DNA of 64,000 bases from Massalongia carnosa (taxonomy: Eukaryota). Positions 1 through 11,576 of the stretch are shown piece by piece. The position numbers were made by a program, and so were the translations under genes. The stretch's first letter is position 1. The number at the start of each line of letters is the position of its first letter. Below the pieces are notes generated by a model, which saw nothing but the letters and a program-made list of their open reading frames with translations, searched no databases and was not told the origin of the DNA. The stretch is taken from contig OZ287077.1 of NCBI GenBank assembly GCA_965645245.1, positions 1,612,001 through 1,676,000 on the forward strand, written 5' to 3'.

Positions 1-501
1 CTTTCCCCCTCCCCAAGCACGGTATCGTTCCCACTCATCATGCGCTTGCGCATCTTCCCCGCGGCATCAAATGTCCAGTCCTCCAGGCCATAGCAGCGCT
101 TCCACGCCATGCCGTCATCGGCGTCCTGGTACTCGTACCAGAACTGCACAGCGATGCGGTCGTCGCCGAAGGCGAAGAGCTCCTTGCGCAGGCGATAGGA
201 TTTCTCGCGCACCCATTTCTGCACGAGAAAAGCGCGGATGGCGGCGTGGCCGGTGAGGAAGCTGCTGCGGTTGCGCCAGATGCTGGTGGGTGTGTAGGCG
301 GGGAGGATGAGGTCGGGATTTCTAAGGTTTAGGTGGACCAAGGGGGGTTAGATTATAACGGAGGGGAAACTCTTTTGGTGGGGTGCATGGAGGGGTTGAA
401 AAGGGGGTAGGGGTAGAGTACTGGGTATTCCAGGCAGCCTGTGCGGCTTTGACCTTTTGGCGAGCGGTTTCGAGGGTGAAAGGAGGTTTGAGGTCGGCCA
501 T
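1..501 (-). CDS. DUF1348 / SnoaL-like (NTF2-fold) protein, 3' end runs off the window
   Basis: Not in the ORF track. Exon 1 is 501-422 (MADLKPPFTLETARQKVKAAQAAWNT), followed by a GT-AG intron at 421-322. Exon 2 is 321-<1 (NPDLILPAYTPTSIWRNRSSFL...KWVREKSYRLRKELFAFGDDRIAVQFWYEY...WKRCYGLEDWTFDAAGKMRKRMMSGND). The motifs match the DUF1348 family as I recall it. Confidence 0.85.
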
Positions 502-898
502 AATGGCAATTTATGATAGTAGCAAGTTTCCTGTAGCATAGAGTTAGAGAAGAGCAAGAGAAAGATGGGAAAGCCCCGCGGGGGGAGATGCAGGATTTGT
601 AACGTTCAAGGTCCGAGACGGAACGATCGGGTTTGAAGGAGAGATCTTGTCAGCAGCTTGCAGGAAGACACCTTGTTTAGAAGATTGTCATTTGGGAAGA
701 GCGGGGTGAAGAGTGGGTGTTTTAGCTAGAAAATAAAAAATTGAATTGCAGAGTGGAGAACGAGCTCAAAAGGAGTGCTCAAATAGTTTACATTCTCGAC
801 TTTTCTGGTACGTGCCATGCTCAATATATCCTTGACCTGCTGTTTCCGCACACGTTAGTCCTCGTGTACCGCTCATCGAACCTTTGTCTGGCTACAGC

Positions 899-2403
899 TC
901 ATAAGTTGTCTTTTGCGACATAAGGATCGAGTCTTTCCATAAGCTCCTCCTCAGTCAGTTCCTCGCCTCGCCATAGCTGTGCCGCCCCAAAAAATTGCTT
1001 TGGCGGAATTAGCACGTTACTCAAAACGTGGATGACCCCATCTTTGGCGATGCCGTCTTCTATGGACACGGTTGAGAAACCGTTAATTTTAATGCTGATG
1101 AATCCGCCGAAACGAGCAATATCCACACTCAAGGATTTTCCCTTGAGCCATGTCGGAAGATCAACCTATAGGGACGTACGATTAGTTCTTGCAGCCCTAT
1201 TGCAAAAGAATGGCGGGTACTGACATGGTAGAGTCCTTTGGGAATATCGGCTGCTTCGCCAGGCTCCGCTGTATAAAAGGCATCCGAATATAATGTCCTG
1301 TTGGGAACGATATGGTACTTCAGCAAAGCCTTGAGATATTTCAGCCCGTAGCTGCTAAACAAGAAAGCATTGATTTTGGGGCCGAGAAGCTGGAAGGCGA
1401 TATTTGAAGGCGCAAAGAGCGTGCCTCCCAAGTGTGTTGAGGTATTGTTCACAGCTTCCAGAAGGCCAGTTTTTGTGAGACCCAGCTCAAAGGTGCTGAA
1501 TTCGCCAGGAAGAAATTGAATAATATCAACGGCCTTTGGTGGCGGAACTAGAATGTTCTCAACGCCATGAATGACGCCGTTGGTTCCGAACTAAAGCTTG
1601 TCAATAGCCGCGTATCTATAGGGGCGGATTGTTGTTCTCACAATGTTAATGGCGATGACCCGATTATAAAAATTGACTGTCAATCCCCGAAGACCAACAT
1701 TGATGCTCAATCGCTGCAGCTGCCCGCCCAAGGCGTTCTCCACATACGACGAGGGAATCGTGTGAGTCACCAAGACCCTGCCAGCAGGATAAAAGTCCGG
1801 GGATACATGATAGAGCAAGATATTCTTCAGATCTTCTTTAGAAGGCTTTGGGTGGTGCTCAGGAATCTTTTCAAAAGCCCTGTCGATAGGAGCAAAAACT
1901 GTGTAATTTGCGTTTGTACCGTTCAGTAACTCGACGATATCCTCATATTCATTGATAAGCGCTGCAAGCTTCGTTGTATATTTGCTCTCCGTGATGAGTT
2001 GATATACGGTCAAGTTCGGTTTCGAGCCATGAGGACCATGATGGCCATGATGACCATGCCCAGGCCCTCCATGCTCAGGCCCTCCATGGCTGCCAAGGCT
2101 ACGGTACTCCTGTTCGAGCCAACTCTTGGCCTCGAAAGCAGTATCTGCACATAGTTGGGAAACCGCATGGCCGGTTTCTTCGGCAGACGTGATTGCCTGA
2201 TCAAGGATACTCTTCGACGATTGAACGGCATGAGCAAAGGTACTCTCCACCTTATGAGTAATATGCTTCCTAGTGGGGGGTTGGTCGAAGATGGAGTCCG
2301 AGGTCCAGTGGGATTCAATGGCAATCTGGCTCATAACATCCTCGTCAGGAATGACAAAAGCCGCAGAGAGAGCCGTGAACGGCAAGAGACAGATGAGTTT
2401 CAT
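899..2403 (-). CDS. Secreted fasciclin (FAS1) domain protein, 3 exons
   Basis: Signal-peptide-like start MKLICLLPFTALSAAF. Two FAS1 repeats (YTVFAPIDRAF...LLYHV...NGVIHGVENILVPP; TLFAPSNIAF...LKYHIV...DGVIHVLSNVLIPP). Exons 2403-1642, 1590-1225 and 1165-899 join in frame across GT-AG introns. Confidence 0.9.
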
Positions 2404-2782
2404 GTTTGCGTGATAGAATGTCAGCAAGTGTAAATGGCAAAGTCCAAGGATCTATTCTGTACCAAATATTCATTGCAAAGATAAATACTTCCTACCTGCC
2501 TTAGGCTGCGAGTGTACGCGGCCACTGCGGCGTGCCGCATGAGGATTCACTAACTATGACGCTGGCATCCTCGCTTCCCGCCATCCGGGGTTAGAGTGGC
2601 CGAGTAAATGAAACAGTTAGTATATTCTGTACTCCGTAATCAATCCTTAGCCTTATAGAGTAATTGAGTACCAGTCCAGAGTACCCCGCCAAGTTCATTT
2701 CAGTTCTCCACCAACAAAACCTCAAATACGATATCCTAGCTATATTGAGTAAACCCATTCCACTTCTAACATTCCTGAAATT

Positions 2783-3842
2783 ATGGTAGGTTCTGCACCC
2801 CTAGTTGTACCTGCCTTGAGAAAGCATACTGCAACGGTACTCTGGCTGCATGGACTGGGGGATAGGTAAGATTCTACATTTCACAGGGGAAAACACGTTG
2901 GCTGACGGGAGAAGTGGAGCCGGCTGGTAAGAAAAGAACGAGTTTTCTTTCGAGCCGGACGGGTTTTGATTGCTGCAGGATGCCAATAGCAGAAAATTAT
3001 CGGCGGCGGGGAAAGTTTGAAGAGGTTGCCTTCATCTTTCCCAATGCCCCGACGATTCCCATCACTGTCGTCAGTCCAAACTTACAGACCTCATACTTCT
3101 TGTCTTGAAGCTGATCAGCCATTGTTAGAACTTGGGAATGAGGATGCCCGGGTAAGGAAATTGTATCCACACCCTAGCAGGCCGTACTAATAGATCCCGT
3201 AGATGGTATGACATAGTAAGACCAAGGGACACCGTTCGTTATAATCATGCACTTTATCTACCTTACAGGATGCTCGGCAGAAAACAGATCTGACAGGGAA
3301 CTATAGAGTAACTTCGGCGATCTCGCCCAAGCCCATGATCAACCCGGCATTATCAAATCTCGAGACTATTTCAACTCTCTAATCAAAGCCGAAATAGAAA
3401 AAGGAATTCCGTCTTCACGAATCGTTCTTGGTATGCCATTTCTATGTTATGCCCCTATTTTTTCTTCTCCTGACCTCCAAAAGGGGGTTTCTCTCAGGGG
3501 GGGGCAATTTCGCTTTTCACTGGAATTACCTGCCCGGACAAATTGGCTGGTATCTTCAGCCTCTCGGGATATCTACTCTTACAAGGAAAGATCAAAGAAT
3601 TTGTTCCAACCGATAGTCCCAATAAGGAGACTCCCATATTCATGGGCCACGGCTCGATAGATCCGGTCGTGAAGTATGATTGGGGCCTACAAACCGCACA
3701 GGTATTGAAGGAGATGGGATGGAGCGTGGATTTCAAAACCTATCAAGGACTAGACCATTCGGCGGATCCTAACGAAATGGATGACTTGGAGAAATGGATC
3801 AATAACCGGTTACCACCACTGGGTGACAAGGCGACTGACTGA
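2783..3842 (+). CDS. Acyl-protein thioesterase 1 (phospholipase/carboxylesterase family), 7 exons including two micro-exons
   Basis: Spliced reading gives [32 protein letters not shown]...[25 protein letters not shown]...RIVLGGFSQGG...IFMGHGSIDPVV...YQGLDHS, with the Ser-Asp-His triad motifs. Micro-exons of 12 nt (tggagccggctg) and 13 nt (atggtatgacata) lie between GT-AG introns. Divergent from the fasciclin gene across about 380 bp. Confidence 0.92.
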
Positions 3843-4555
3843 TTGATTAGACAGGGAGACCGTGGCGGCAAGAGAGACCTTTTTTATTGTTATTGGCCGG
3901 GGGCAGCAGCTGCTACACTAATATGGTATTTTATATCAAGACACAAGAGTTTAAAGAATTGAAATAGGGCATGAGTGTAAGGAAGGCTTCTCGCCGCCAC
4001 AATCTTATCCTTACCCACGATATGAAAAGTAACTAGAAGTGCCAATGTACAGATACAATGAGACAGTATCCTGTGCTTCATAAAGGCGGTTAATTCTAGG
4101 GCGCCAAAAACCGGTTCACCAGATGTTAACAAAGCTACTCTCTTCTCTATGCCAACACTAATCAGTGTCCAGTTACAGCGAGGACAAATCCTACGTGGTT
4201 GGCTCATGTAATCTAAACGTAGACTAATAGCCATCAAAAGATCTTCTAAGAAGTAATACCGGGACGCCTTGTTTTACTATCTTAACGCCCTTTGTCTTCA
4301 AATTAACACTCTCACATACACTACCCCATTTGACGAGTGCTGGGATTTAGCCTGATCTTCTAATTCTATCTAATCTGCCCGTGGCAGCACTAACCAATTA
4401 GCTCTTACTCGATAGGATCTCAGGGAGTCATTGAGTGCGCCTTTGAGAGTGGTGCGAGGACGACAATGAGGAGCAAGGGCCTGATGGAGGAGCTCGGAAA
4501 CCATGAGAAAACTTTTCACGTATCATGTGATGGCCTTAAGGATGGTCGTTAAGCC

Positions 4556-4821
4556 TACGTTCACCCTTTTACACCAGCGCTAAACGCGGTGACGCGGTCG
4601 CTAAATTAGCTTCATGGTTTAATAATCACAAAATAAAAAATCAGCTGCAACAATGATTATGATAACGAAGAAAATTTTTCATTTTCAAGATTGTACGTAT
4701 TAAAACTCATAAACTATATGAGTTGATGATACTGAAAGTTTGAGATAATTATACAAATACTTGATTTTTCGCTGATCTTTCTGATTTTAGCGCTGGGTGC
4801 AAAAAGGGGTGAATACGAGTA
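4556..4821. mobile_element. MITE-like element with imperfect ~30-bp TIRs
   Basis: Left end tacgttcacccttttacaccagcgctaaa versus reverse complement of right end tactcgtattcacccctttttgcacccagcgctaaa. The interior is AT-rich and non-coding, with TA at both outer ends. Confidence 0.65.
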
Positions 4822-6332
4822 CATTAATTCGGCAAGATGTACGTCTATAAAGTTCGTGTAACTATCAACAAGATGATTTCTCCGCGCTATTTCTAATAAC
4901 CTTGGAATTGATGCTTAACTGAGTTAGATTGTTTGGAAATACAAACGTCTTCCGTCTATCTACCTAGTTGATGCTTAACATTGCCATCCTTGGGTCGAAA
5001 ACCGAACGGGAAGCGGTCGCTGGAAACTCTTGGCACGGAATTGTGATCATGGGTTTTACTCTGGGCAACACATGGATGTTTCGTCAGTCTATCTGTGAGC
5101 AATAGGATATTAAAGGCGAGGGATTTTCAGAAAAGAAAGCTACAATGTTCCCGTCCCCTGTGTTCTTGTATACTTCTTTGGCCACTCTTCATAAGGCTAA
5201 GTCATAAAAAAAAAACACATTCTCCTTTTTCCATAATACGAGCTTCCTGTTTGTCCTTTTTGTAGCCTTTTGTGTTATAAATGTCAGTTTTCTTCCAGCG
5301 GAGTACCTAGATCTTGATCCTCTTTCAGACTCTGGTTCCGCTCAGTATCAAGCCACAAACACGGATTTCCTCTCATTCATCGTGCTCGGCCAACCTTCAC
5401 CGAACATCGATCAATCTCCAGGGCCGGACGCATATAACGATTTATCCCTCTTCGACGGCACTCCATCCACCAGTTCCGGGCAACAGCTAGTTTCAAATCC
5501 GAGCTTGGGCGAACCTGTGTTTTCGAACCTCGATCAACCGTTGGACTCAAGCTCTGTCCAAATTTCCTCACCGAGCTTGTAGACCTAAACGATAACTTGC
5601 AAGATACAAGTCTCAATTCCCCTTATGACGTTTCTTTAAGCAACCGAAAATCCTGTAAGGTGCTTTCCGACCCCTCTCGGGTAATCCACTCCCTTCAGAA
5701 ACGCCCCGGTTGGCTTTACACCCGATACCAAGCCTATGCAATGCCCTGTCCGAAATGAGGATGAGGGCGAAGAGGCTCCCACAACTCCGCAGCCAGGACC
5801 GTTAATTCCTCAATGTGGTAGCCTTACGGCTGTCTGCTGTACCAGTAGGATTGTAATACCGATAAAAAAACAAAACTAGTCGATATCATGAGGATATCAC
5901 AAACTATCAATTATGTACGCCACTCGCCTGTCTTTACGCTATTGCAAGCTTATTTGGATACAGGCACGCGGTCGTCGAAAAAAAAACGCAACGTGCAAGC
6001 GAGAATAACTACCTCACCAAAACACATCAAAATTCATTCCTATTTCTTACCTTTTCATCTATTCATCAATCATCATGCCTCCTACTCGTGACACAATTCA
6101 TTACGATACATTTGCTAGAGCTAAAATTCAGGATGTTTATCAATGAAATGAAAGTCGAAATTTCTGAACGTACAACGCAACGCACGCTCAAAGCTGCTTT
6201 GAATTATGAGAAATGTCTGATCTGTGTCAAAGGATGACTGACAGACTCATTCATGAACAGACGAGTGAAATGCGCTTCTTTGATGTATAATAGATAATCA
6301 AAGCCTGAAGACTGATATCGCACTTCGAATAT

Positions 6333-6725
6333 TGTGGTGGGGCCACACGTGCTATACAGATGACAGGGCAGGCCTGTGCAGCCGAGGGTAAGGATAAAAG
6401 GGGCTTTTTGCTGGCGTTTTCTCCAACATTCAACACACACATCGCGAAAAACATCTCTATATACATTTCTCAACACATCATCATCACATATACATTCCAT
6501 AACACATACATCTCCTAATATTTATCAACACACATCATCTTTGTCACATAGTCATAGTGACAACACATTTATTTGTGCAGTCGTCTAGTCGAGTTCATCA
6601 CATGTTTATGCAGTCGTAGAATCATTCGATCATTTGTGTGTGTTCACTGCTCAGTTGGCCATCTATCTATCACGTCGCACCTCCTTCCATTAGCACGCAT
6701 CTTTGCCATTCATCACCCCTTCTCA
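6333..6725. mobile_element. Solo LTR (393 bp) inserted in the Tc1 transposase
   Basis: TG...CA termini flanked by atat (6329-6332, 6726-6729). Excision restores cac ttc gaa tat gat tct (HFEYDS) in the transposase frame. Confidence 0.7.
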
Positions 6726-7104
6726 ATATGATTCTAAGGATCAATTACGAATCATTAAACAGCTCGAAACACGATATAGAGGAGATTGCATTCAACATCG
6801 CGATGCACCGCTTGAAAAAGATAGCAAACGCAAGCATGCATGAGCGGCGGTGAGCTTCAATTTCAAGTCAAATATTTACTTTTATGACGTATCGGGCAAC
6901 AGCAATGACAAGATGACACATCAGGTTTATATAGATTCTATACTAGAGCCCCTTGTGAAGTTCTGATTGAATCGTGACGATAACTTCGTTTTAGAAGAAG
7001 ACGGTGATTCATATCATGACACGGATAAGACGAGAAACGCGGTCAAAACATGAAAATAGAACCATCAATTGAAGCATTATTTCAACTGCGCTTCATCGCC
7101 TGAC

Positions 7105-8796
7105 ATCAACCGACGAACCACTGACGAGTTTGATGCGAGAACCGGAATTCCGCAAGGTTCACCCATCTCTCCCATTCTGTATTTGTTCTACAATGCGGAT
7201 TTACTAGACATATGTAACAGGCCCGGCACGAAAACGAGCGGACTCGGATTCGTCGATGACATCAATGTACTAGCATATGGGAAAAGCACGCAAGAAAATT
7301 GCAGAATGCTAGAAAGCATTCACAGAGAATGTGAAAGATGGGCTCTACGGCACGGATCCTTATTTGCTCCGACTAAGTACGAGCTTATTCATTTATCTAG
7401 AAATCCAAAGAAATTTGATATGACGGCTACTATTAATATAGAAAATAGCCTAATCAAACCAAAAGCGGATATAAGAATACTCGGTCTTCAAATAGATACC
7501 AAACTTAAGTGGGGTGCTCACATACGGAAAACGCAGGAGAAGATGGTCAAGCAGAGCATGGCCTTAACAAAAATTTCCACGTCTACCTGGGGAGCTTCGT
7601 TCGCTAGGGCCAGGCAAGTATACACGGCGGTGGTGCGGCCGGCCATGACATAAGGTTCAATCGTCTGGCACACCCCGAAAGACGTAAATAGAAATAAATC
7701 CATAACGTCCAAATTGGCGGTCATTCAGAACAGATGCCTACGCACAGTCGCCGGAGCGTTCAAGGCTACCCCGATACCGGTGCTGGAGGCAGAAACACAC
7801 ATAGCCCCAATAGATGTGTATTTGGATCAACTGCAGGCTAAAGCCAGATATCGACTACGAATCACGGGGCAGAAAGCACTCGCTAACTCCGCATGCAAGA
7901 TAATAGCTAATAAGCTACGGGAAAGAGCGGGTCGAAGAAAAACTCCGCCGCCAACACCCGGAGAACTGAAACACACATGGGCCAAGGCAATGTTAAATGG
8001 AGAGGCCGCCGTCAGATTACCGCCTTCCGCGCCCTCGTGGTACGAGGCCAGTCCAGAATATCTCAAGGAGCTGAATGAAGCGCGAACGGCCCAACGGGCA
8101 CATCATACGCGGCTCATGGAGCATCATATGAAAATATGGAAGTCAACATGGGCGACTTATCAAAATCGCATTCCACTCCCCACCGAGGCTCAACAAGCTT
8201 CGCTTGACAAAAAGAGATTAAAAATTCACAGCAATTTGGCAAAAGCGGAGAGTTCACTAGCAACGCAAATTCGCACGGAGAAAATCAGGCTAGCCAACTT
8301 TCTTTTCAACCGAAGGGTACCCAATCACGTGCCAATGTAAACTCACCGGCGGCCAAACACGTCATCATGCACTGTCAGCTGATAGACGGAAGAAATGATT
8401 ATTTAATCAAGTGAAAACTAACAATTATCGCACGATAATTGAAAATTCCGCAAAATTGAAAAAGCTGACAGCATGGTTAATGCGGGCAGATATACTAAAA
8501 CAGTTTTCATTTGCAGCGACTATGCTGTACGGATAGTTCCCGTTGACACAGCATTTGAAATGTTTGACTTCTTCCCCTTTTCTTTCGTTCTTTTCCTTTT
8601 TCTTTCAAGGACCTCACAGATACACGTTATTAGGTACATTGAGGGGTCATGGGGATCCCGCAGGCGATAATTCTGGTTACTAGGTTTTTATTCCTTAAAA
8701 GGTTTTCCTATGTACAATAGTCATATAGAACCACGCCCGCATGGGCCGGCCTTCGGCCGGTGACATCGGTGTAAGAATTTATCATCATCATCATCA
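7105..8796 (+). mobile_element. 5'-truncated Tad1-like LINE (RT C-terminal half), copy 1
   Basis: RT motifs GIPQGSPISPILYLFY and FVDD, an (ATC)n tail, and a 12-bp TSD tcatcgcctgac (7093-7104, 8797-8808) that duplicates the SSPD codons of the host transposase. Internal stop at 7651 and frameshifts near the 3' end. Confidence 0.92.
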
Positions 8797-9246
8797 TCAT
8801 CGCCTGACTTATCTTCTATTGAGAACTGCTGGCTTCTCATAAAACAGCACGTACGGAAGTATCCTCATTGAAATAATGCCTCATTGAAAGCGTTGATTCG
8901 TGAGGGGTGGGTCAGTGTCAGTCAGGAATTTATCAATAAACGGGTGCTTGATATGCCTAGAAGGCTTCAGGAGGTAATAGATGCAGAGGATGCGATGACT
9001 GATAATTAGTTGCAAATTTCAGATAGATAATGTAAGGGAACGGATAACAGGACACCACTTTGGTTAGATAAACACCACCTCCGGTTAGGTAAACACCGCT
9101 AGCCCAGGTAGGGTAGATTCCTCGGCCCCGTCCGCCTCTTCCCCTTTTAGGTCTAGCGGTTGAAACTCCCACATTCTACCTGCACCTCATCCTTGCACTC
9201 ATATTTCACATTTGATCTGCAGGCACCCTGCCGCCGCCACGTCGTC

Positions 9247-11387
9247 ATGCCGCTTCGACCTCCCGAAGATAGTCAATCCTTTGCCTCACTAGAAGACCTG
9301 TTGCTTAGAGTCAATGAGCATGCCGCCCCCGAAGGCTACGCCGTGGTGCTTCTTCGAACCAAGAAAACCAAGCTGGGAATGATAAATAAAGCTTGGTTAA
9401 AATGCGACCGAGGTGGAAAAGTCAGAGAACCGCAGGGTCAGGATCGTCGGCACACCAGCAGTCGACTAATTGCTTGTCCATTTGCCCTGACAGCCAAAAT
9501 GGACGACGAGGTGTGGTTTTTGGAGGTGGTAAATGGGACACACAATCATCCGTCCAGTCTTGCTGGCTCTCATCCTGCCTTGAGAAAAATCGCTCTGACC
9601 GGTGTAAAGGATGACGTTACCAGACAGTTAACAGTACAAATGTCGGCGTCAAAGGTTTTGTCTAGTCTGCGTGTTCCCGATGTGAATGCAGATCTCAGTC
9701 CTCATGATCCCAATGCCGAGATCATTGTGAATCCGATGTTTAAACCTCGGGACATCTACAACTTAAAGGCGCAGATGAGACGTGATGTCTTGGGACCATT
9801 GACTCCTATTCAGGCATTGATTCGTGAGTTTGACGAAAAGGATTGGGTGTACAACTTTCAACAAGACATTCAGCAGCAGATTACGCATCTCTTCTTCATC
9901 AAGGGCAGTTCCCAAACTCTTCTGATAGATAATCATGAAGTTCTCATTATGGATTGCACGTACAAGACCAATCGATACAAAATGCCTCTTCTCGTCATCA
10001 GCGGACAAACCGCGCTACATACTACCTTTTATGTCGCCTTTTGCTTTCTGATCACGGAGACAGCAGAGGACTACATCTGGGCTTTACAGCAATTGAAGGA
10101 GGTGTATTCTCGATTGGAACTTCCTGATTCGATTATTCTCGTGTCCGACATGGAGAAAGGATTAATGTTGGCATCTTCCATAGTCTTTCCAAATATCAAT
10201 CATTTGCTATGCATCTGGCACATCAATCAGAATGTGTTGACAAAGTGCAAAAATCTTTCGACAATGAGGAATGGAAGATCTTTTTGTCAGATTGGAAATC
10301 AGTGATCTATGCAGCAACCGAGCCTCAATTTTGGAAGCTATGGGAGCAGTTTTCTGCTACCTATATGACTTCTCATGAAGATTGTATTCGATATTTGAAG
10401 TCCACCTACATTGATAATCATCGCGATCGCTTCGTGGCATGCTACACCAACAAGGTGCTGCATTTTGAGATAACGGTAACGTCGCGAGGGGAAGGCGCAC
10501 ATTCAGTATTAAAACGTCAATTAGGATCATCGACCGGAGATTTGAAGCTGGTAGTTGACGGCATTAATCTGCTACTAACAAATCAGTATCATGATCATCT
10601 GATTGCTTTTGAAGAAGCCAGAACACGTTTTCCACTTCATCTTCGCAAAGTTATCTTTCAGCAACTGAGAGCATTTATCAGTCCCTATGCCCTGAAAAAG
10701 ATTCTACACCAATACGAGTTATTAACAGGAAGACCGACTGTTATTCCAGCTTGTACCAACGTCTTCACTACCATCACCAGCTTGCCTTGTAGTCATCTGA
10801 TTCAGCAACGATTATTCGAGAATGAAGGAAGTCTGAAATTGGAAGATGTGCACCCGCATTGGAAGTAGGTTATTGTCATCTGATCGATGGTCAGCGATCA
10901 GCTACTAACAACAGTTCAAGGTTGGAAAAAGCGCGCCCCTCCGATTGCTTTGATTAATCCTCTTCTTCTAGTGAGGGAACCGGAGATAGCCCGACCTCGT
11001 GGTCGCCCTCAGGGAGCGGAAAACAGACGAGCGGAGGCATTGGACAATTCCACTCATCGATTACCATCTCAATTCGAACAGGTTGAAATGGAAACAGCTG
11101 ATGCAATAGCTCCGGAGGTGGAACGAGCTATTCATCGAGCCAATACTACACCAGGCAGGGTAGGACGTCGGGGGCGAGGGCGAGGGCGAGGACGAGGGGA
11201 GGGAGAGGAGGGGGAGGGGGGATTGGTGAAAGAGCTGAGACAAACACAAGGACTGGCCGAGCTAGGGCTAGGGCTAGTCGAGGCAGAGCTGGTCGAGGAA
11301 GGGGAGACGGGATTGGCGGGGATGCAGCAGATGGAATTGGCGGGGATGCAGCGAATGCGGCTCCAATCAACTGATTTGCATTACTAA
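9247..11387 (+). pseudogene. MULE transposase (FAR1-like DNA-binding domain + MULE DDE domain), frameshifted
   Basis: Motifs CDRGG...CPF...HNH, LIMDCTYKTNRYKMPL, SDME, LLCIWHI, TSRGEGAHSVLK and LPCSH. Frameshift in an A-run near 10250, a probable intron starting gtaggt at about 10865, and RGRP/RGRGRG repeats at the C-terminus. The 3' end is approximate. Confidence 0.88.
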
Positions 11388-11512
11388 GCTTCAAATAAAG
11401 GGTGCGATTCATGAAGACAGTGCCAATCGACAAATCCAATGTCTAGTAATCGATGGTTGAAAGCTGAATTGAATTTTTTCTTGAGGTGTCAATGTTGGGA
11501 TGTGGACTGCTA

Positions 11513-11576
11513 TTCGTGCCCCACACTTTCGCTCGGTCGATAAGCGAGTCGACCGAGCGAAAGTGTGGGGCACGAA
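11513..11576. mobile_element. 64-bp micro-MITE (perfect 28-bp TIRs, 8-nt spacer, TA duplication)
   Basis: TA|ttcgtgccccacactttcgctcggtcga-taagcgag-tcgaccgagcgaaagtgtggggcacgaa|TA. Removing it and the pogo element restores gctagacctaaaagggg, the mirror of the left MULE TIR. Confidence 0.8.

Larger units (their letters stand above)
6075..9009 (+). pseudogene. Tc1-like DDE transposase relic, split by a solo LTR and a LINE
   Basis: Removing the two inserts gives ISERTTQRTLKAALNYEKCLICVKG*...HFEYDSKDQLRII...DCIQH...HA*AAVSFNFKSNIYFYDVSGNSNDKMTHQVYIDSILEPLVKF*...FVLEEDGDS...HYFNCASSPDLSSIENCW...QEFINKRVLDMPRRLQEVI. It has the SPDLxPIEN-type motif and 38 residues between the EED aspartate and the IEN glutamate. 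The first catalytic D region is deleted and there are many stops. Confidence 0.85.

Noticed and set aside
3890..4500. 115-aa ORF and flanking degenerate sequence
   Set aside because: Non-ATG start, no recognisable motifs, and other frames full of stops.
5300..5958. Ser/Pro-rich ORF fragments that might be a gene broken by the Tc1 insertion
   Set aside because: Fragments are short and interrupted, and I could not join them convincingly to the sequence after 14562.
8746..8760. C(UUCG)G tetraloop in the LINE 3' motif
   Set aside because: The pairing register gives a 6-bp stem with a UUC triloop; the UUCG register leaves a C-C mismatch.
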